Shown: positions 20,001 through 30,501, counted from the whole stretch's first letter. The stretch: DNA of 62,917 nucleotides, filler included, from Candidatus Woesearchaeota archaeon (GCA_964354405.1; 6 parts of 6 records of this genome joined end to end with filler, not necessarily neighbours in it); one strand, 5' to 3'. A program made the numbers and translations. The notes: generated from the sequence alone by a model not told the origin.

Positions 20001-22624
20001 ACTCTTTTCTTTATCTTGACTGCTGTAGGCGACTCGCCGCCATGCCATGTGAATCTGGGGCGAACTCTCATAGGATAAATTCTCTCGGAATTGTCATCAA
20101 GTATAATCGCGCTTCCTTTCAAGCGAGGCAAGTTATCAAGATATGTTTTGATATCCGCAAGAAGATAAGTTTGCATAATATAATTGAGCGAATCTATGTC
20201 CGGCTTTGCTGTAACTCTATGCGAAATAACAATATCGCTCTGCGTCATGACATCACGATGAATCTGCCCTGGCTGTTGTGTCGCGATAGCCATGCTTATT
20301 CCTGGCTGCCTTCCCTCTCTCATAATCTGTATCAGTGCATCTGTTGCAGCTGTTTTGCCCTGCAATGGCAAGAACTCGTGGCCTTCATCGACAAAAATCC
20401 ACACAAGCGGCATCTCTCTCTTTTCCTTGTAATAGAGATAATCCAAACCATGCCGCACAGCCTCCACTTCCTCATGTTTTCGCGCCTCCATTCTCTCATT
20501 AAACAACTTCTTGCAAATTAATCCCATAACAAGCGCGCGAACATTAACAGTCCCAATGCTGCTGTAACAGCTTAAATCAACAACAGTTGGCTTTCCAGTC
20601 TCAATCAAATCAGAAACATTAGTGCTTTTCTCTTTCTTCGTGGCAAAAATTTTCCATGTCTTGGCAGCTTCGAACAGATTAATCGCGGCATTCTTTTCAT
20701 GCTGTCCTGTTTCCTTGTCAAGTCTTATAGCTTTAATTATATCATCAATATCAAATTCCTTGATCAATCCGTCTTCTAAATCTTCAGAAAGTTTTGTCAC
20801 AGCTCCTTGGATTGACGCGCCGACAGGATCAACATAACTCAAATCAAAAGTCAGACACCATTCTTCTGCTGTGATATCGCTCACTCTCAAAGCGAATTCT
20901 TTATACACCGGAATCCCTCTCTCGCGCCATTTCTCAGCGAATCCATAAGGTACAAAAACCCGAACAGGAAGCTTTTCCGCTTTGATGTTCCAATCTTTCA
21001 TAAGCTCAGTTTCTTTCTCATTCTTGTAGTTCATTGTCCAGAAAATTCCCATGGTATCAAATATCAGCACAGCCAAGTTCTGCGAAACATTCGGCGGCAA
21101 ATTGCTTATCTCTTCAGCCAAAACCCCAAGTGTGTAACTATTATGCACAATAATGTCGTTAGCAATAAAATTATGAAATTCAGGAATAGCCAAGTCATAA
21201 ACTTTGAATTTACCTTCAATCATCTCCATAGAAATAATTTCATCCCAAAAAATATCTGACATAGCTAAAAGATATAAAGGATTACTCTGCTCAACTTGTG
21301 CTATTTGCAATAAAGTTTGCCGAGAAGGGCAATATCTAATTCTCTCACGCATTGCTTTAGGATATTTATATCCTGCAGCTCTACCAATAGCTGCCCAATT
21401 TTTAGGTTTATAAGTTTCCCATATCTCTTTAGGAATAGTATCCACATTAGGATTCAATTTTTTTGATTGAACATGTTCTAAAGCTATTTGTTCTTTCTCT
21501 TTCTTTTTTCCATAAAACCCGATTTCTTCGACAAAACTAACTATATTCCCACTTTCTATAACTAATTCAAAACTTTGGAATAATTTTTCATTACAATTTA
21601 TTTGTTTTTTTCTTAGTTTGGATAATACACCAAATCTCAAAAGCAAATGTTGCACTTGCCTTATCAATTTTTCAGATGATGAAGAATAAGAAATTTCATA
21701 ATGATTGTTACTAAAATATATGGAGCCATCGCAACTAAATAAACGATTCAAAAATAAAGCAAGCTGTTTTTTAGGTAATTTAAAAATCCCCTTGGGGGTA
21801 AACTTTTCAAAAGCGCCTTTTCCGTAAAGCCCAATTTTTTCAAGCCATAATCTTAAAGAATTTTTCTCGTATCTTACACCGCTTCCTTTATCGAACTGCC
21901 CTTTCTCATTCCTGTTTATTTTATGACTTTTAATTTTTTTATTTTTTTGCACTACCCTATAACCATACTCCCCATGACTTTTTACGATTAAACTATCGTC
22001 AAATTTATTAATACAGTTAAAAAAATCATCAACGATTTTATCATCAGAATTGGTAAACAAAACAAATCCGCTGCCAAGATGGCCTTCTGCAATTAAATAG
22101 GCTAACAATTTGATTTCATGTTCTGGCATTTCTTCTCTACCAAAACATTCTATTTTTCTTTCTGCAGCAATTCTAGAGCCTACTTGCAACTCTTGTACTT
22201 GTTTCCATCCTTTGATTGTTAACAAAGGATGCTCTGGAGTCAATTTTATTTCACGACCACTCCTTAGTCTTATATGTAAAATTCGATCAACCTCTCTTTC
22301 AAAAAATTCTGACTGATTCATAGGAATAATTTTTAATTGTTCATTAAGACAAAAAATTTGGTTATTATCCTTGGCTAACTCTTGAATGGGAATAAGAGAA
22401 CCATCACTAAGGGGAATTAGAGTATCTCCTGTAACACACTTGCCCGAGCCTCTTTTGCCAGCGATGAGCACAACATGCGCTCTAGCAACATCCATCATGA
22501 CTCTGTTGCTCAGCGAGGTGACTTGCCCCATCTTGACATAATGCTTCCCAAGATAAACCAAACCTTCATCGCCAAACTTCTTTTTATCACTCTCATCTCT
22601 TCCAATAATTATATCTTCCGGCAT
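19997..22624 (-). CDS. HerA/FtsK-like ATPase (DUF87) containing an intein
   Basis: Walker A GKRGSGK|S split by intein, IFDTMG, Walker B IFVDEGH, REGR, ATQQP. Confidence 0.9.
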   Translation of the reverse strand: MPEDIIIGRDESDKKKFGDEGLVYLGKHYVKMGQVTSLSNRVMMDVARAHVVLIAGKRGSGKCVTGDTLIPLSDGSLIPIQELAKDNNQIFCLNEQLKIIPMNQSEFFEREVDRILHIRLRSGREIKLTPEHPLLTIKGWKQVQELQVGSRIAAERKIECFGREEMPEHEIKLLAYLIAEGHLGSGFVLFTNSDDKIVDDFFNCINKFDDSLIVKSHGEYGYRVVQKNKKIKSHKINRNEKGQFDKGSGVRYEKNSLRLWLEKIGLYGKGAFEKFTPKGIFKLPKKQLALFLNRLFSCDGSIYFSNNHYEISYSSSSEKLIRQVQHLLLRFGVLSKLRKKQINCNEKLFQSFELVIESGNIVSFVEEIGFYGKKKEKEQIALEHVQSKKLNPNVDTIPKEIWETYKPKNWAAIGRAAGYKYPKAMRERIRYCPSRQTLLQIAQVEQSNPLYLLAMSDIFWDEIISMEMIEGKFKVYDLAIPEFHNFIANDIIVHNSYTLGVLAEEISNLPPNVSQNLAVLIFDTMGIFWTMNYKNEKETELMKDWNIKAEKLPVRVFVPYGFAEKWRERGIPVYKEFALRVSDITAEEWCLTFDLSYVDPVGASIQGAVTKLSEDLEDGLIKEFDIDDIIKAIRLDKETGQHEKNAAINLFEAAKTWKIFATKKEKSTNVSDLIETGKPTVVDLSCYSSIGTVNVRALVMGLICKKLFNERMEARKHEEVEAVRHGLDYLYYKEKREMPLVWIFVDEGHEFLPLQGKTAATDALIQIMREGRQPGISMAIATQQPGQIHRDVMTQSDIVISHRVTAKPDIDSLNYIMQTYLLADIKTYLDNLPRLKGSAIILDDNSERIYPMRVRPRFTWHGGESPTAVKIKKRV
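21140..22438 (-). mobile_element. Intein with LAGLIDADG endonuclease domain (433 aa)
   Basis: Block A CVTGDT, block B TPEHP, LAYLIAEG and LFSCDGS, terminal HN followed by +1 Ser. Confidence 0.95.
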
Positions 22625-22742
22625 CTTTCCCTCTTTTTATAATAGAATAATATAATTTTAGCTTATAAATTTTTAGATTTCAACCATATCAATTATTGTA
22701 ATGAAATGCAGAAAGATTTTTAAATAACTCTCTCATAACACA

Positions 22743-24239
22743 ATGATGGAAACAGAGAAGGCTAAGGATGGAAACAAATCTCAAGCACAGGTTATTTCTA
22801 ATCCAAAACCATCAAAAAAAATAAATTGGACTCGGATAGGATTAGCCGCGCTAGTCATCGCTGTAATTGCTTTAGCAATAATTCTCATAATAATTTTAGT
22901 TAAACAATCTCCTTCAACTACTCAAACTATTTACAATCTTCAATATACTTTAGAAACCGAGAATGGAACAAGCATTGTAACAAACACACAAGATTTTCCA
23001 AAGGATTCGGTTGCTTCAACTCTCAAGCTAGCATCAAACAAACTCGATACTGAAATCAACTCAATGACAAAAGGCGAAAGTAAAACTATCAATCTCGATG
23101 CCAAGGACGCTTTCGGCGAGTATGATAATGATCTTGTATTCACATATGAACGAGTTACAAAAGAGAACAGGAACACCGAAGTGAACAGAACAAGCTGGTT
23201 AAGCATTGATAGTTTCAAACAAGCCTTTGATGAAGAGCCCCAATTAAACAAAGTTTACAACATCTCACAAGCTCCATGGCATTACAAAGTTCTCGAGCTC
23301 AATGCAACTCATGTCAAATTAAGCCAGGAGCCAACATTGAACCAAGAAATTCCATTCGGCTTTTTCACTTATAAAGTCGCAGCATTAACAGAAACAAAAA
23401 TCACGCTTAGACTTTATGGAAACGCCACAACAATTCCCACAGACAACGGCAACTACGAGATAAAATTCACAGAAACCGAGATTATCACAACTCTCACTCC
23501 AACAATTGGCCAAGAAATACAAGTTGAAAACTTTCCAATAGCCCGAGTAATTACAATGAATGCAACTCATTTAACTCTTGATGCTAATCCTCAATATGCA
23601 GGCCAAAAAATCACAGCGAAAATCACAGTTAATGACATAAAAATCACAAAGACAGTAACAGGTTCAGCAACTCACATCGATGGTGCTCCAACACTGCAGT
23701 TATTCATAATGAGCTACTGCCCATATGGATTACAAGCATTAAAGGGGATTCTTCCAGTATGGGAAAAATTCCAGGGAAAAGCCAACATCGAGCTTCGCTT
23801 CGTTCCATACACAATGCACGGCGAGAAAGAAGACACAGAAAACGCAAGAATGATGTGCATAAGACAAGAACAATATTCAAAATTAGTTCCATATCTCAAA
23901 TGCTTTGTGCAAGCAGGCGATGCCGATGGTTGTATAGCATCAACAGGAATCGATGCAAGCAAGCTAAACGAATGTATGGCAACCAAAGCTTCTGGATATT
24001 ATGATAATGATAAAGCTTTAGGCAATCAATATGGTGTAACAGGCTCTCCAACATTCATCTTAGACGGCGAGGAAGCCAACATCTATCCTAGAGATCCCAA
24101 AACTATCGCAACAGCAATATGCGACGCATTCACTGGTGCCAAGCCTTCTGTATGTTCCGAGACTTTTTCAACAGAAAATCCTTCAGCAGGCTTCGGTGGT
24201 GGAACGGGTAGCGGCGGCACTGGCGGAAGTTGCGGTTAA
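22743..24239 (+). CDS. Membrane-anchored FKBP-like domain fused to a DsbA/thioredoxin-fold domain
   Basis: N-terminal TM; M..GE.K.I......AFGEY and LDAN...AG (FKBP); MSYCPYG and GVTGSPT (Trx fold). Confidence 0.7.
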   Translation: MMETEKAKDGNKSQAQVISNPKPSKKINWTRIGLAALVIAVIALAIILIIILVKQSPSTTQTIYNLQYTLETENGTSIVTNTQDFPKDSVASTLKLASNKLDTEINSMTKGESKTINLDAKDAFGEYDNDLVFTYERVTKENRNTEVNRTSWLSIDSFKQAFDEEPQLNKVYNISQAPWHYKVLELNATHVKLSQEPTLNQEIPFGFFTYKVAALTETKITLRLYGNATTIPTDNGNYEIKFTETEIITTLTPTIGQEIQVENFPIARVITMNATHLTLDANPQYAGQKITAKITVNDIKITKTVTGSATHIDGAPTLQLFIMSYCPYGLQALKGILPVWEKFQGKANIELRFVPYTMHGEKEDTENARMMCIRQEQYSKLVPYLKCFVQAGDADGCIASTGIDASKLNECMATKASGYYDNDKALGNQYGVTGSPTFILDGEEANIYPRDPKTIATAICDAFTGAKPSVCSETFSTENPSAGFGGGTGSGGTGGSCG

Positions 24240-24246
24240 GAAATAA

Positions 24247-25161
24247 TCACATCGCTTCAAGAACCTTAATTCTCTCAGTTATCGGCGGATGAGTCATGAA
24301 CATTGTAACAGCTCTTTGTTTAACAGTGTCAGAAAAAAACATCGGCGCGACAGCATCAGGAACTTTCATGGGTTCATGCTCGCCCTTAATCTTTCTCAAT
24401 GCTCCAATTAATCCAGGAGGATATCTTGTAAACTGAACCGAGCCTGCATCAGCCGCGAATTCTCTCTTGCGCGATATCGCAAGCTGAACAAGTTTGACAA
24501 TAATTGGCGCGAAAATTGCTAATGCAATCGCAATCAAGAAAAAAATTAAATTTCCATTGCCCCTATCATTATTACTGCGCGAACCCGAACCCCCGCCGAA
24601 CCACATGCTCCTCAATACAAGTTGCGAGATGATTGATATTGCTCCGACAACAACAGCCACTGTTGTAACAAATCTAATATCATAATTTCCTATGTGCGAC
24701 ATCTCATGTCCGATAACTCCTTCAAGCTCCTGTTTATTCAACTTCGCGAGCGCAGCTTCTGTAACACAGACAACAGAATGCTCAGGATCGCGGCCAGTTG
24801 CAAAGGCATTTATCTGCGCGCCAGGCATTATATAGACTCGAGGCATCGGCAATCCCGAAGCAATTGACATGTTCTCAACAGCGATATACAAAGCTCGATG
24901 TTTTATCTTGTCAGCTTCTTTCGCCCCTACAGAAGCCAGCGCGATTTTATCAGAATTATAATAAGTAATGAGCACATAAAACAGCGAGAACAATGTCGCG
25001 ATTATCATTATCATCACGAAATATCCAGGATCAAACGCATAACTGATAGCATAGCCCAAGACAATCAAGACAATAAACACAAAAATCACAAGAAAAACAC
25101 TATTCCTTTTGTTCTTTGCAATCTGGTCTTGAAATGAAATCCTTGCCCCTTCTTTTGCCAT
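24247..25161 (-). CDS. htpX: M48 zinc metalloprotease HtpX
   Basis: NAFATG, HEMSH, SRKREFAAD, THPP...RI. Confidence 0.93.
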   Translation of the reverse strand: MAKEGARISFQDQIAKNKRNSVFLVIFVFIVLIVLGYAISYAFDPGYFVMIMIIATLFSLFYVLITYYNSDKIALASVGAKEADKIKHRALYIAVENMSIASGLPMPRVYIMPGAQINAFATGRDPEHSVVCVTEAALAKLNKQELEGVIGHEMSHIGNYDIRFVTTVAVVVGAISIISQLVLRSMWFGGGSGSRSNNDRGNGNLIFFLIAIALAIFAPIIVKLVQLAISRKREFAADAGSVQFTRYPPGLIGALRKIKGEHEPMKVPDAVAPMFFSDTVKQRAVTMFMTHPPITERIKVLEAM

Positions 25162-25230
25162 GATTATTAAAAGGAAAAATGATTTATAAGGTTTATGAAA
25201 GAGGTTTTTAATTATTACTGCTAAAAAGAA

Positions 25231-25839
25231 TTATACTTTAATTCTATAAGCTACGAGAAGGCTTTCACTTAAAGCTTTTTGGATTTCTCTTTGCATTATT
25301 TGATTAGAAGAGTAATCTGCTATACTTCCCAAACTTTTATCATTAACTCTGCTGGGAAGTGCGCCATTATGCCTCCATGCTCTATAAAATTTGTTCCAAT
25401 TAGCAATTTCTCTAGAGTCTTCATAAATTATTTCCCCCTTGGAACCAGTAACCCTTGCTATTTCACCGTCGATAAAGTCTAAAATTCTAAGATAGCCGAA
25501 CCACCCGTAACCCCGAATTGCTGAGGTGTTTCCATCAGAAAATCCTAAAAAAAAGTTTCCTCCGCTTCCCAGTTCCCTTCTTTCTGCATACTCTATTTTT
25601 CCATGCTGTAAAATAAATAATCTTCTGTCTTTTGGGGCCCCCGTCATCAAACGGATATTTTTATCAATTCCCTGAACAAGAACTATGTGTCCAATATATT
25701 GGTCAAAAACCGCTTTAAATGCCTTCTCGGTTTTTTGTATTTCGTGGTCAGGTCCGTTAAGTTCTCTATTCGGATCCCAGGCTAAGGGTCCTTTTAAAAG
25801 AATTCTCCTCTCTAAATTAACTTTTTTAACTTCTGCCAT
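25231..25839 (-). CDS. Hypothetical protein inserted between lemA and htpX
   Basis: 202-aa ORF, no recognisable motif. Confidence 0.55.
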   Translation of the reverse strand: MAEVKKVNLERRILLKGPLAWDPNRELNGPDHEIQKTEKAFKAVFDQYIGHIVLVQGIDKNIRLMTGAPKDRRLFILQHGKIEYAERRELGSGGNFFLGFSDGNTSAIRGYGWFGYLRILDFIDGEIARVTGSKGEIIYEDSREIANWNKFYRAWRHNGALPSRVNDKSLGSIADYSSNQIMQREIQKALSESLLVAYRIKV

Positions 25840-25892
25840 TTTTATTGAGATCCTCTTTGATATTTAAATAAATGTATAGTATAGAATAATGC

Positions 25893-26459
25893 TTAAAATT
25901 TAACCTTAACTAATTCCCTGTCTGCCTGTGGAATTTCAAGATATTTGCCTGCTTTCTTGCCGTATATTCCTGCAAACCATACTCCTGGCACTGTTCTGCA
26001 GGCATTGTTGTAAGCAAGAATTGTATCATTGTAGAATTGCCTTGAATAAGCGACTTTATCCTCAATTGCTGCAAGTTCCTGCTGAAGCTGTAAAAAGTTC
26101 TCGTTAGCTTTCAGTGTAGGATAGTTTTCAGCAATAGCAAACAATCTTCCAAGAGCGCCTTGCAAAGCATCTCCTGCCTTCACACTCTTAACAACATCTT
26201 TAGAATCCATCGCCCCTACAAGTGCTTTCCTTGCTTCAGAGACTTCATGCATAATTCCCGCTTCATGCTTCGCATAACCCTTGACAGTCTCAACTAAGTT
26301 AGGAACTAAATCAGCTCTTTTCTTGAGCTGGACATCAATCTGTGAAAGAGAATTCTGGATTCTGTTCTCAAAAACAATAAATCTGTTGAAATATCCTATA
26401 AAGATTAAGATAATTAACACAACCAATACAATCAAAACAATCAACCACCACAATGCCAT
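25893..26459 (-). CDS. lemA: LemA family protein
   Basis: SQIDVQLKKRADLVPNLVETVKGYAKHE, ENYP.LKANENF. Confidence 0.95.
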   Translation of the reverse strand: MALWWLIVLIVLVVLIILIFIGYFNRFIVFENRIQNSLSQIDVQLKKRADLVPNLVETVKGYAKHEAGIMHEVSEARKALVGAMDSKDVVKSVKAGDALQGALGRLFAIAENYPTLKANENFLQLQQELAAIEDKVAYSRQFYNDTILAYNNACRTVPGVWFAGIYGKKAGKYLEIPQADRELVKVKF

Positions 26460-26505
26460 TAAAAAATATTATAACTTAGCTATTTAAATTTATCTTTTAT
26501 CTAAT

Positions 26506-27165
26506 TTATCTGCTTCTGACAACCCCTATTCTTGGGCAATATGCTCGCACAGGGCATTTTGAGCACCAAGGCGAAATGGGTTGACATATTTCCTTGCCAA
26601 ACAAGACAAAAATGGCGTTGAATTCGCGCCAGTAGCGCCTTGGAAGAATCTTTTCGAGAGCTTTCTCTGTTTTTTCTGGAGTTTTTGTCTTGACCCAACC
26701 TAAGCGATTAGGGATTCTGTGACAGTGAGTATCTATAGGCAAAACTTCTTTACAAAATGCAAACGAAAGCACAATGTTCGCAGTTTTAGGTCCGATGCCT
26801 TTGATTGAGAGTAATTTTTCTTTATCTGCCGGCACTTTTCCGCCAAATCTCTTTAAAAGTTCTCGAGAAACATGCTTCAAAACTCTAGCTTTCTTTTTAT
26901 AGTGACCAGAACTATAAATCAGTCTCTCTAATCTCTTGACATTCATCGCAGCGATTTCCTGGGGGGTGTCAGCAACAGCAAACAAAGCTCGTGAAGCTTT
27001 CTCAGTATTCTTATCTTGGGTTCTCAAACTTAACAAACAAGAGATAAGGATTTTGAACGCGCCTTCTCTATCACATCTCATCCTGTTAAGCGTGGTTCTC
27101 TCTTGATAATTAAAATATTTCCCCAAAGTATCCATCACTTTAACAATCTTTTTTGCTCTCTCCAT
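26506..27165 (-). CDS. nth: Endonuclease III
   Basis: GIGPKTAN, IDTH..RI..RLG, C-x6-C-x2-C-x5-C. Confidence 0.93.
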   Translation of the reverse strand: MERAKKIVKVMDTLGKYFNYQERTTLNRMRCDREGAFKILISCLLSLRTQDKNTEKASRALFAVADTPQEIAAMNVKRLERLIYSSGHYKKKARVLKHVSRELLKRFGGKVPADKEKLLSIKGIGPKTANIVLSFAFCKEVLPIDTHCHRIPNRLGWVKTKTPEKTEKALEKILPRRYWREFNAIFVLFGKEICQPISPWCSKCPVRAYCPRIGVVRSR

Positions 27166-27275
27166 CTTCCTTAGCCAGATACACAATTCCTTATTATTAT
27201 ATAAACATTTTCTTGAAAATCACAAAACCGAAAAATCAGCAAAAGGTTTAAATAGTTAACACTGTTAACTTTTTC

Positions 27276-27608
27276 ATGACATTTAATTGTTTAACCCAAA
27301 GGGTAGAAATAAATTATCTCATCCCTGCCATAAGAAAACAGTTTATTGAACTCTTAGAAAAACAGGGGTTGAAAGACGTAGAGATAGCAAAAAAACTTAG
27401 AATAACCAAGGCTGCGATATCACAATACAAACACAAGAAGCGAGGCAGATCAATAAAATTCCCCAGCGACATATCAAAAGAAATTAAAAAATCCGCTAAA
27501 GCAATATCAAAAGGCAAGAGCGCAGACATTGAGATAATAAAAATAATTGATAAAATTAAAAAATGCCGTTATATATGTATAATCTGTAAGGAGTGTAGAT
27601 ACAAATGA
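27276..27608 (+). CDS. HTH transcriptional regulator with C-terminal Cys motif
   Basis: IPAIR, EIAKKL.ITKAAISQY...KRG, C..IC..C; heads the Fe-S operon. Confidence 0.75.
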   Translation: MTFNCLTQRVEINYLIPAIRKQFIELLEKQGLKDVEIAKKLRITKAAISQYKHKKRGRSIKFPSDISKEIKKSAKAISKGKSADIEIIKIIDKIKKCRYICIICKECRYK

Positions 27609-28222
27609 TAGTCGTTGATATTGAGACAAGTGGTACAAATTTTCTAAAATGTGGGATATGGCAGATAGGCGCAGTTGATTTTGGAAATCCTGAAAATCAA
27701 TTTCTAGAAGAAGCAAGAATAGATGATGAAGATGAAATTGTCAACATGCCTGAAAACAAGAAGACAGTTTTTGAGGTAATAGGAAAGACAGAAGCCCAAC
27801 TCAGAGACAGAAAAAAACAAAGCCAGAAACAATTGCTCATAAGATTTTTCAAATGGTGCGAAAGAGCCAAAGTCAAGAACTTCATGTGTCAAAATCCTCA
27901 GTTTGATGTTGCTTTTTTGGAGATAAGAGCAAGAAAATACGGATTAAAATTGCCTTTACATTATCGTGCCTTTGATTTACACAGCATTGCTCAGACAAAA
28001 TATCTGCAATTAAAGAAAAAGTTTTTGATAATAGAAAATCGCAGTGGCATGGGTTTAAGCAATACTTTAAAATTTTGTGGCATGAAAGACGAGCGGGGGG
28101 CCCATAATGCTCTTGAAGATGCTAAACTTACAGCAGAATGTTTTTTAAGAATCCTTAAAGGCAAGAACCTTTTGCCCGAATATAAAAAATTTCCAATTCC
28201 AAAATATTTGAAACAAAACTAA
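27605..28222 (+). CDS. DEDDh 3'-5' exonuclease
   Basis: VDIETSG, QN.QFD, HNALEDA. Confidence 0.88.
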   Translation: MIVVDIETSGTNFLKCGIWQIGAVDFGNPENQFLEEARIDDEDEIVNMPENKKTVFEVIGKTEAQLRDRKKQSQKQLLIRFFKWCERAKVKNFMCQNPQFDVAFLEIRARKYGLKLPLHYRAFDLHSIAQTKYLQLKKKFLIIENRSGMGLSNTLKFCGMKDERGAHNALEDAKLTAECFLRILKGKNLLPEYKKFPIPKYLKQN

Positions 28223-28223
28223 A

Positions 28224-29378
28224 ATGAAACGCATTTATCTTGATCATGCAGCGACAACTCCTGTAGCTAATGAAGTCATAGAGGCTATGCAGCCTTATTT
28301 CAATGAAAAGTTCGGCAATGCCTCTTCGCTGCACTTGTTCGGCAGAGAAGCCCGCGATGCTTTGGAAAAAGCAAGAAGAACCATGGCAGATTTTATAGGA
28401 GCTCGACCAAATGAAATAATTTTTACCAGTGGAGGCACCGAGTCAGACAATCTCGCGCTAAAGGGGGTTGCTTTCGCGAACAAATCAAAAGGAAATCACA
28501 TAATCACAAGCAAAATAGAACATCATGCTATCTTTGAAACATGTCATTGGCTAGAAAAAAATGGATTCAGAGTAACTTATCTTCCAGTTGACTCGCAAGG
28601 AAAAGTAAATCCAAGTGATGTAGAAAAAGCAATAACAAAAGACACAATTCTCGTTTCAATCATGCACGCAAACAACGAGATTGGAACAATCGAGCCTATA
28701 GAAGAGATAGGAAAGATATGCAGAAAACATAAGGTTTACTTTCACACAGATGCTGTTCAGAGCTTCGGCAAGATCCCTATTGATATAAAAAAGATGAACA
28801 TCGATTTGTTGTCAGCTTCCGCGCACAAATTATATGGCCCTAAAGGCGTAGGTTTCTTATTCATAAAGCAAGACGTCAATATTGAGGCAATTCAGCATGG
28901 CGGCGGCCACGAACAGAACTTGAGAAGCGGGACAGAGAATATTTCAGGTATAGTTGGCTTTGCAAAAGCAGTTGAGCTCGCCAAAGAAAACATGAAAAAA
29001 GAAAATGAACGCGAGACAAAGCTGAGAGATAGATTAATTCAAGAGATATTAAAAATCCCAGGAACACATTTAACAGGAGCAAAAGAAAGACTTCCATTCA
29101 ACGCATCATTTTATTTCGACGGAGTTGAAGGCGAAGCCCTGTTAATTCGTCTTGATGAAAAAGGAATAGCAGTTTCAACTGGAAGCGCATGCTCATCAAA
29201 ATCTTTAGAGCCGTCACATGTCCTGACAGCCATAGGATTAAAACCAGAACAAGCTCATGGCTCGCTCCGAGTTACTTTGGGCAAAGATAACACAGAACAA
29301 GAGATAGATTATACAATTGAAAACTTGAAAAATATAATAAATTCGCTCAGAAAAATCAGCCCTTTCAAAAAATGGTAA
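28224..29378 (+). CDS. iscS: Cysteine desulfurase IscS/NifS
   Basis: YLDHAATT, FTSGGTE, SAHK.YGPKG, STGSACSS. Confidence 0.95.
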   Translation: MKRIYLDHAATTPVANEVIEAMQPYFNEKFGNASSLHLFGREARDALEKARRTMADFIGARPNEIIFTSGGTESDNLALKGVAFANKSKGNHIITSKIEHHAIFETCHWLEKNGFRVTYLPVDSQGKVNPSDVEKAITKDTILVSIMHANNEIGTIEPIEEIGKICRKHKVYFHTDAVQSFGKIPIDIKKMNIDLLSASAHKLYGPKGVGFLFIKQDVNIEAIQHGGGHEQNLRSGTENISGIVGFAKAVELAKENMKKENERETKLRDRLIQEILKIPGTHLTGAKERLPFNASFYFDGVEGEALLIRLDEKGIAVSTGSACSSKSLEPSHVLTAIGLKPEQAHGSLRVTLGKDNTEQEIDYTIENLKNIINSLRKISPFKKW

Positions 29379-29602
29379 AGAAGAAAACAAAGAAAAAAGA
29401 AAAGCAAAAGATAACAAAAAACATGACTTTTTCACAAGTCTTGAAAAAATATCCTGAAACTGCCCAGATTTTCTTTAAAGAAGGTATGAGTTGTGTGGGC
29501 TGTCCTTTGGCCATGCAAGAAACAGTTGAACAAGGTTGCGAAGCTCATGGAATTGATGTTAAAAAAATGCTCAAAGAACTAAATAAAAAAATTAAATCCT
29601 AA
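29372..29602 (+). CDS. DUF1858 domain protein
   Basis: ITK.MT...VL..YPE, GMSCVGC.LA..ET.EQG...HG. Confidence 0.85.
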   Translation: MVKKKTKKKEKQKITKNMTFSQVLKKYPETAQIFFKEGMSCVGCPLAMQETVEQGCEAHGIDVKKMLKELNKKIKS

Positions 29603-29615
29603 AAGGAGGATAAAA

Positions 29616-29675
29616 ATGTGCAATTGTTGCGGATGCAGGACAAAAAAGAAGAAAGCAAAGAAAAAGAAGAGATAA
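29616..29675 (+). CDS. Putative 19-aa Cys/Lys micro-peptide
   Basis: AGGAGG SD then MCNCCGCRTKKKKAKKKKR*. Confidence 0.5.
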   Translation: MCNCCGCRTKKKKAKKKKR

Positions 29676-29693
29676 GCCGAGGAAAAATAAAAA

Positions 29694-30320
29694 ATGAAAT
29701 TGATTATTTTTGACTTGGATGGAACTTTAGTAGATTCAAACAAACTCTATATTGATACCATTCATCACAATCTTGTTATGAACTATTTTATGTTCACTAA
29801 GGGGCATGTTGCTCGGGCACTTGGCCCAAAACTTGAAGAAACTCTAAGAAACTTGGGAAAATTTGATTCTAAAACCTTAAAAAAATTAAAAAAAGAAATA
29901 AACGAGCATGTTGCAAAAGAAACTTCCAAGTTAAAATTATGTCCGAAAGTAAGAGAAGCCCTAACTTACTTGAAAAATAAAAAATTCAAGATAATTTTAC
30001 TGACAAATTCCTCCCGAAAATACACATTATTATTGCTTAAGAAAAACAATCTGCTCAAGTTTTTTGATAAAATCATCGCTGCTGAGAATTTTGACAAAAA
30101 GTCAGAAGCAATAAAACAAACAGCAAGAAAATACAATATTAAACTTAAAGAAGTGATTTATATAGCAGACAAAATAAAAGACATCAAAATTGGAAAACAA
30201 GCCCATTGTAGAATTATAATAACTCTTGGTTGCTCATGGGATAAAAGCAAATTCAGAAACAAAAAAGCCAAATATATTATAAAAAATTTAGGAGAATTGA
30301 AAAATGTCATTGAATACTAA
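29694..30320 (+). CDS. HAD-family hydrolase
   Basis: FDLDGTL.DS, LTN, YIAD...D. Confidence 0.88.
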   Translation: MKLIIFDLDGTLVDSNKLYIDTIHHNLVMNYFMFTKGHVARALGPKLEETLRNLGKFDSKTLKKLKKEINEHVAKETSKLKLCPKVREALTYLKNKKFKIILLTNSSRKYTLLLLKKNNLLKFFDKIIAAENFDKKSEAIKQTARKYNIKLKEVIYIADKIKDIKIGKQAHCRIIITLGCSWDKSKFRNKKAKYIIKNLGELKNVIEY

Positions 30321-30501
30321 AGTAAAAAGTATAAAAATAGCGACATGTGAATTAAGACTTTATGTTGACCTGCCCGAGAAAAAAAGAGAAGATTACTCCA
30401 AGAATTATTCAATAAAATACTTCAATTGTCACCATTGCAATGGTAGAAAAATAAAATGCCCGGCATACAAACCAGCATACAATAATCAAAATGTCATTTA
30501 A
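30304..30501 (+). CDS. Small Cys-containing hypothetical protein
   Basis: Overlaps both neighbours; CHHCNG...CPAY. Confidence 0.45.
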   Translation: MSLNTKVKSIKIATCELRLYVDLPEKKREDYSKNYSIKYFNCHHCNGRKIKCPAYKPAYNNQNVI

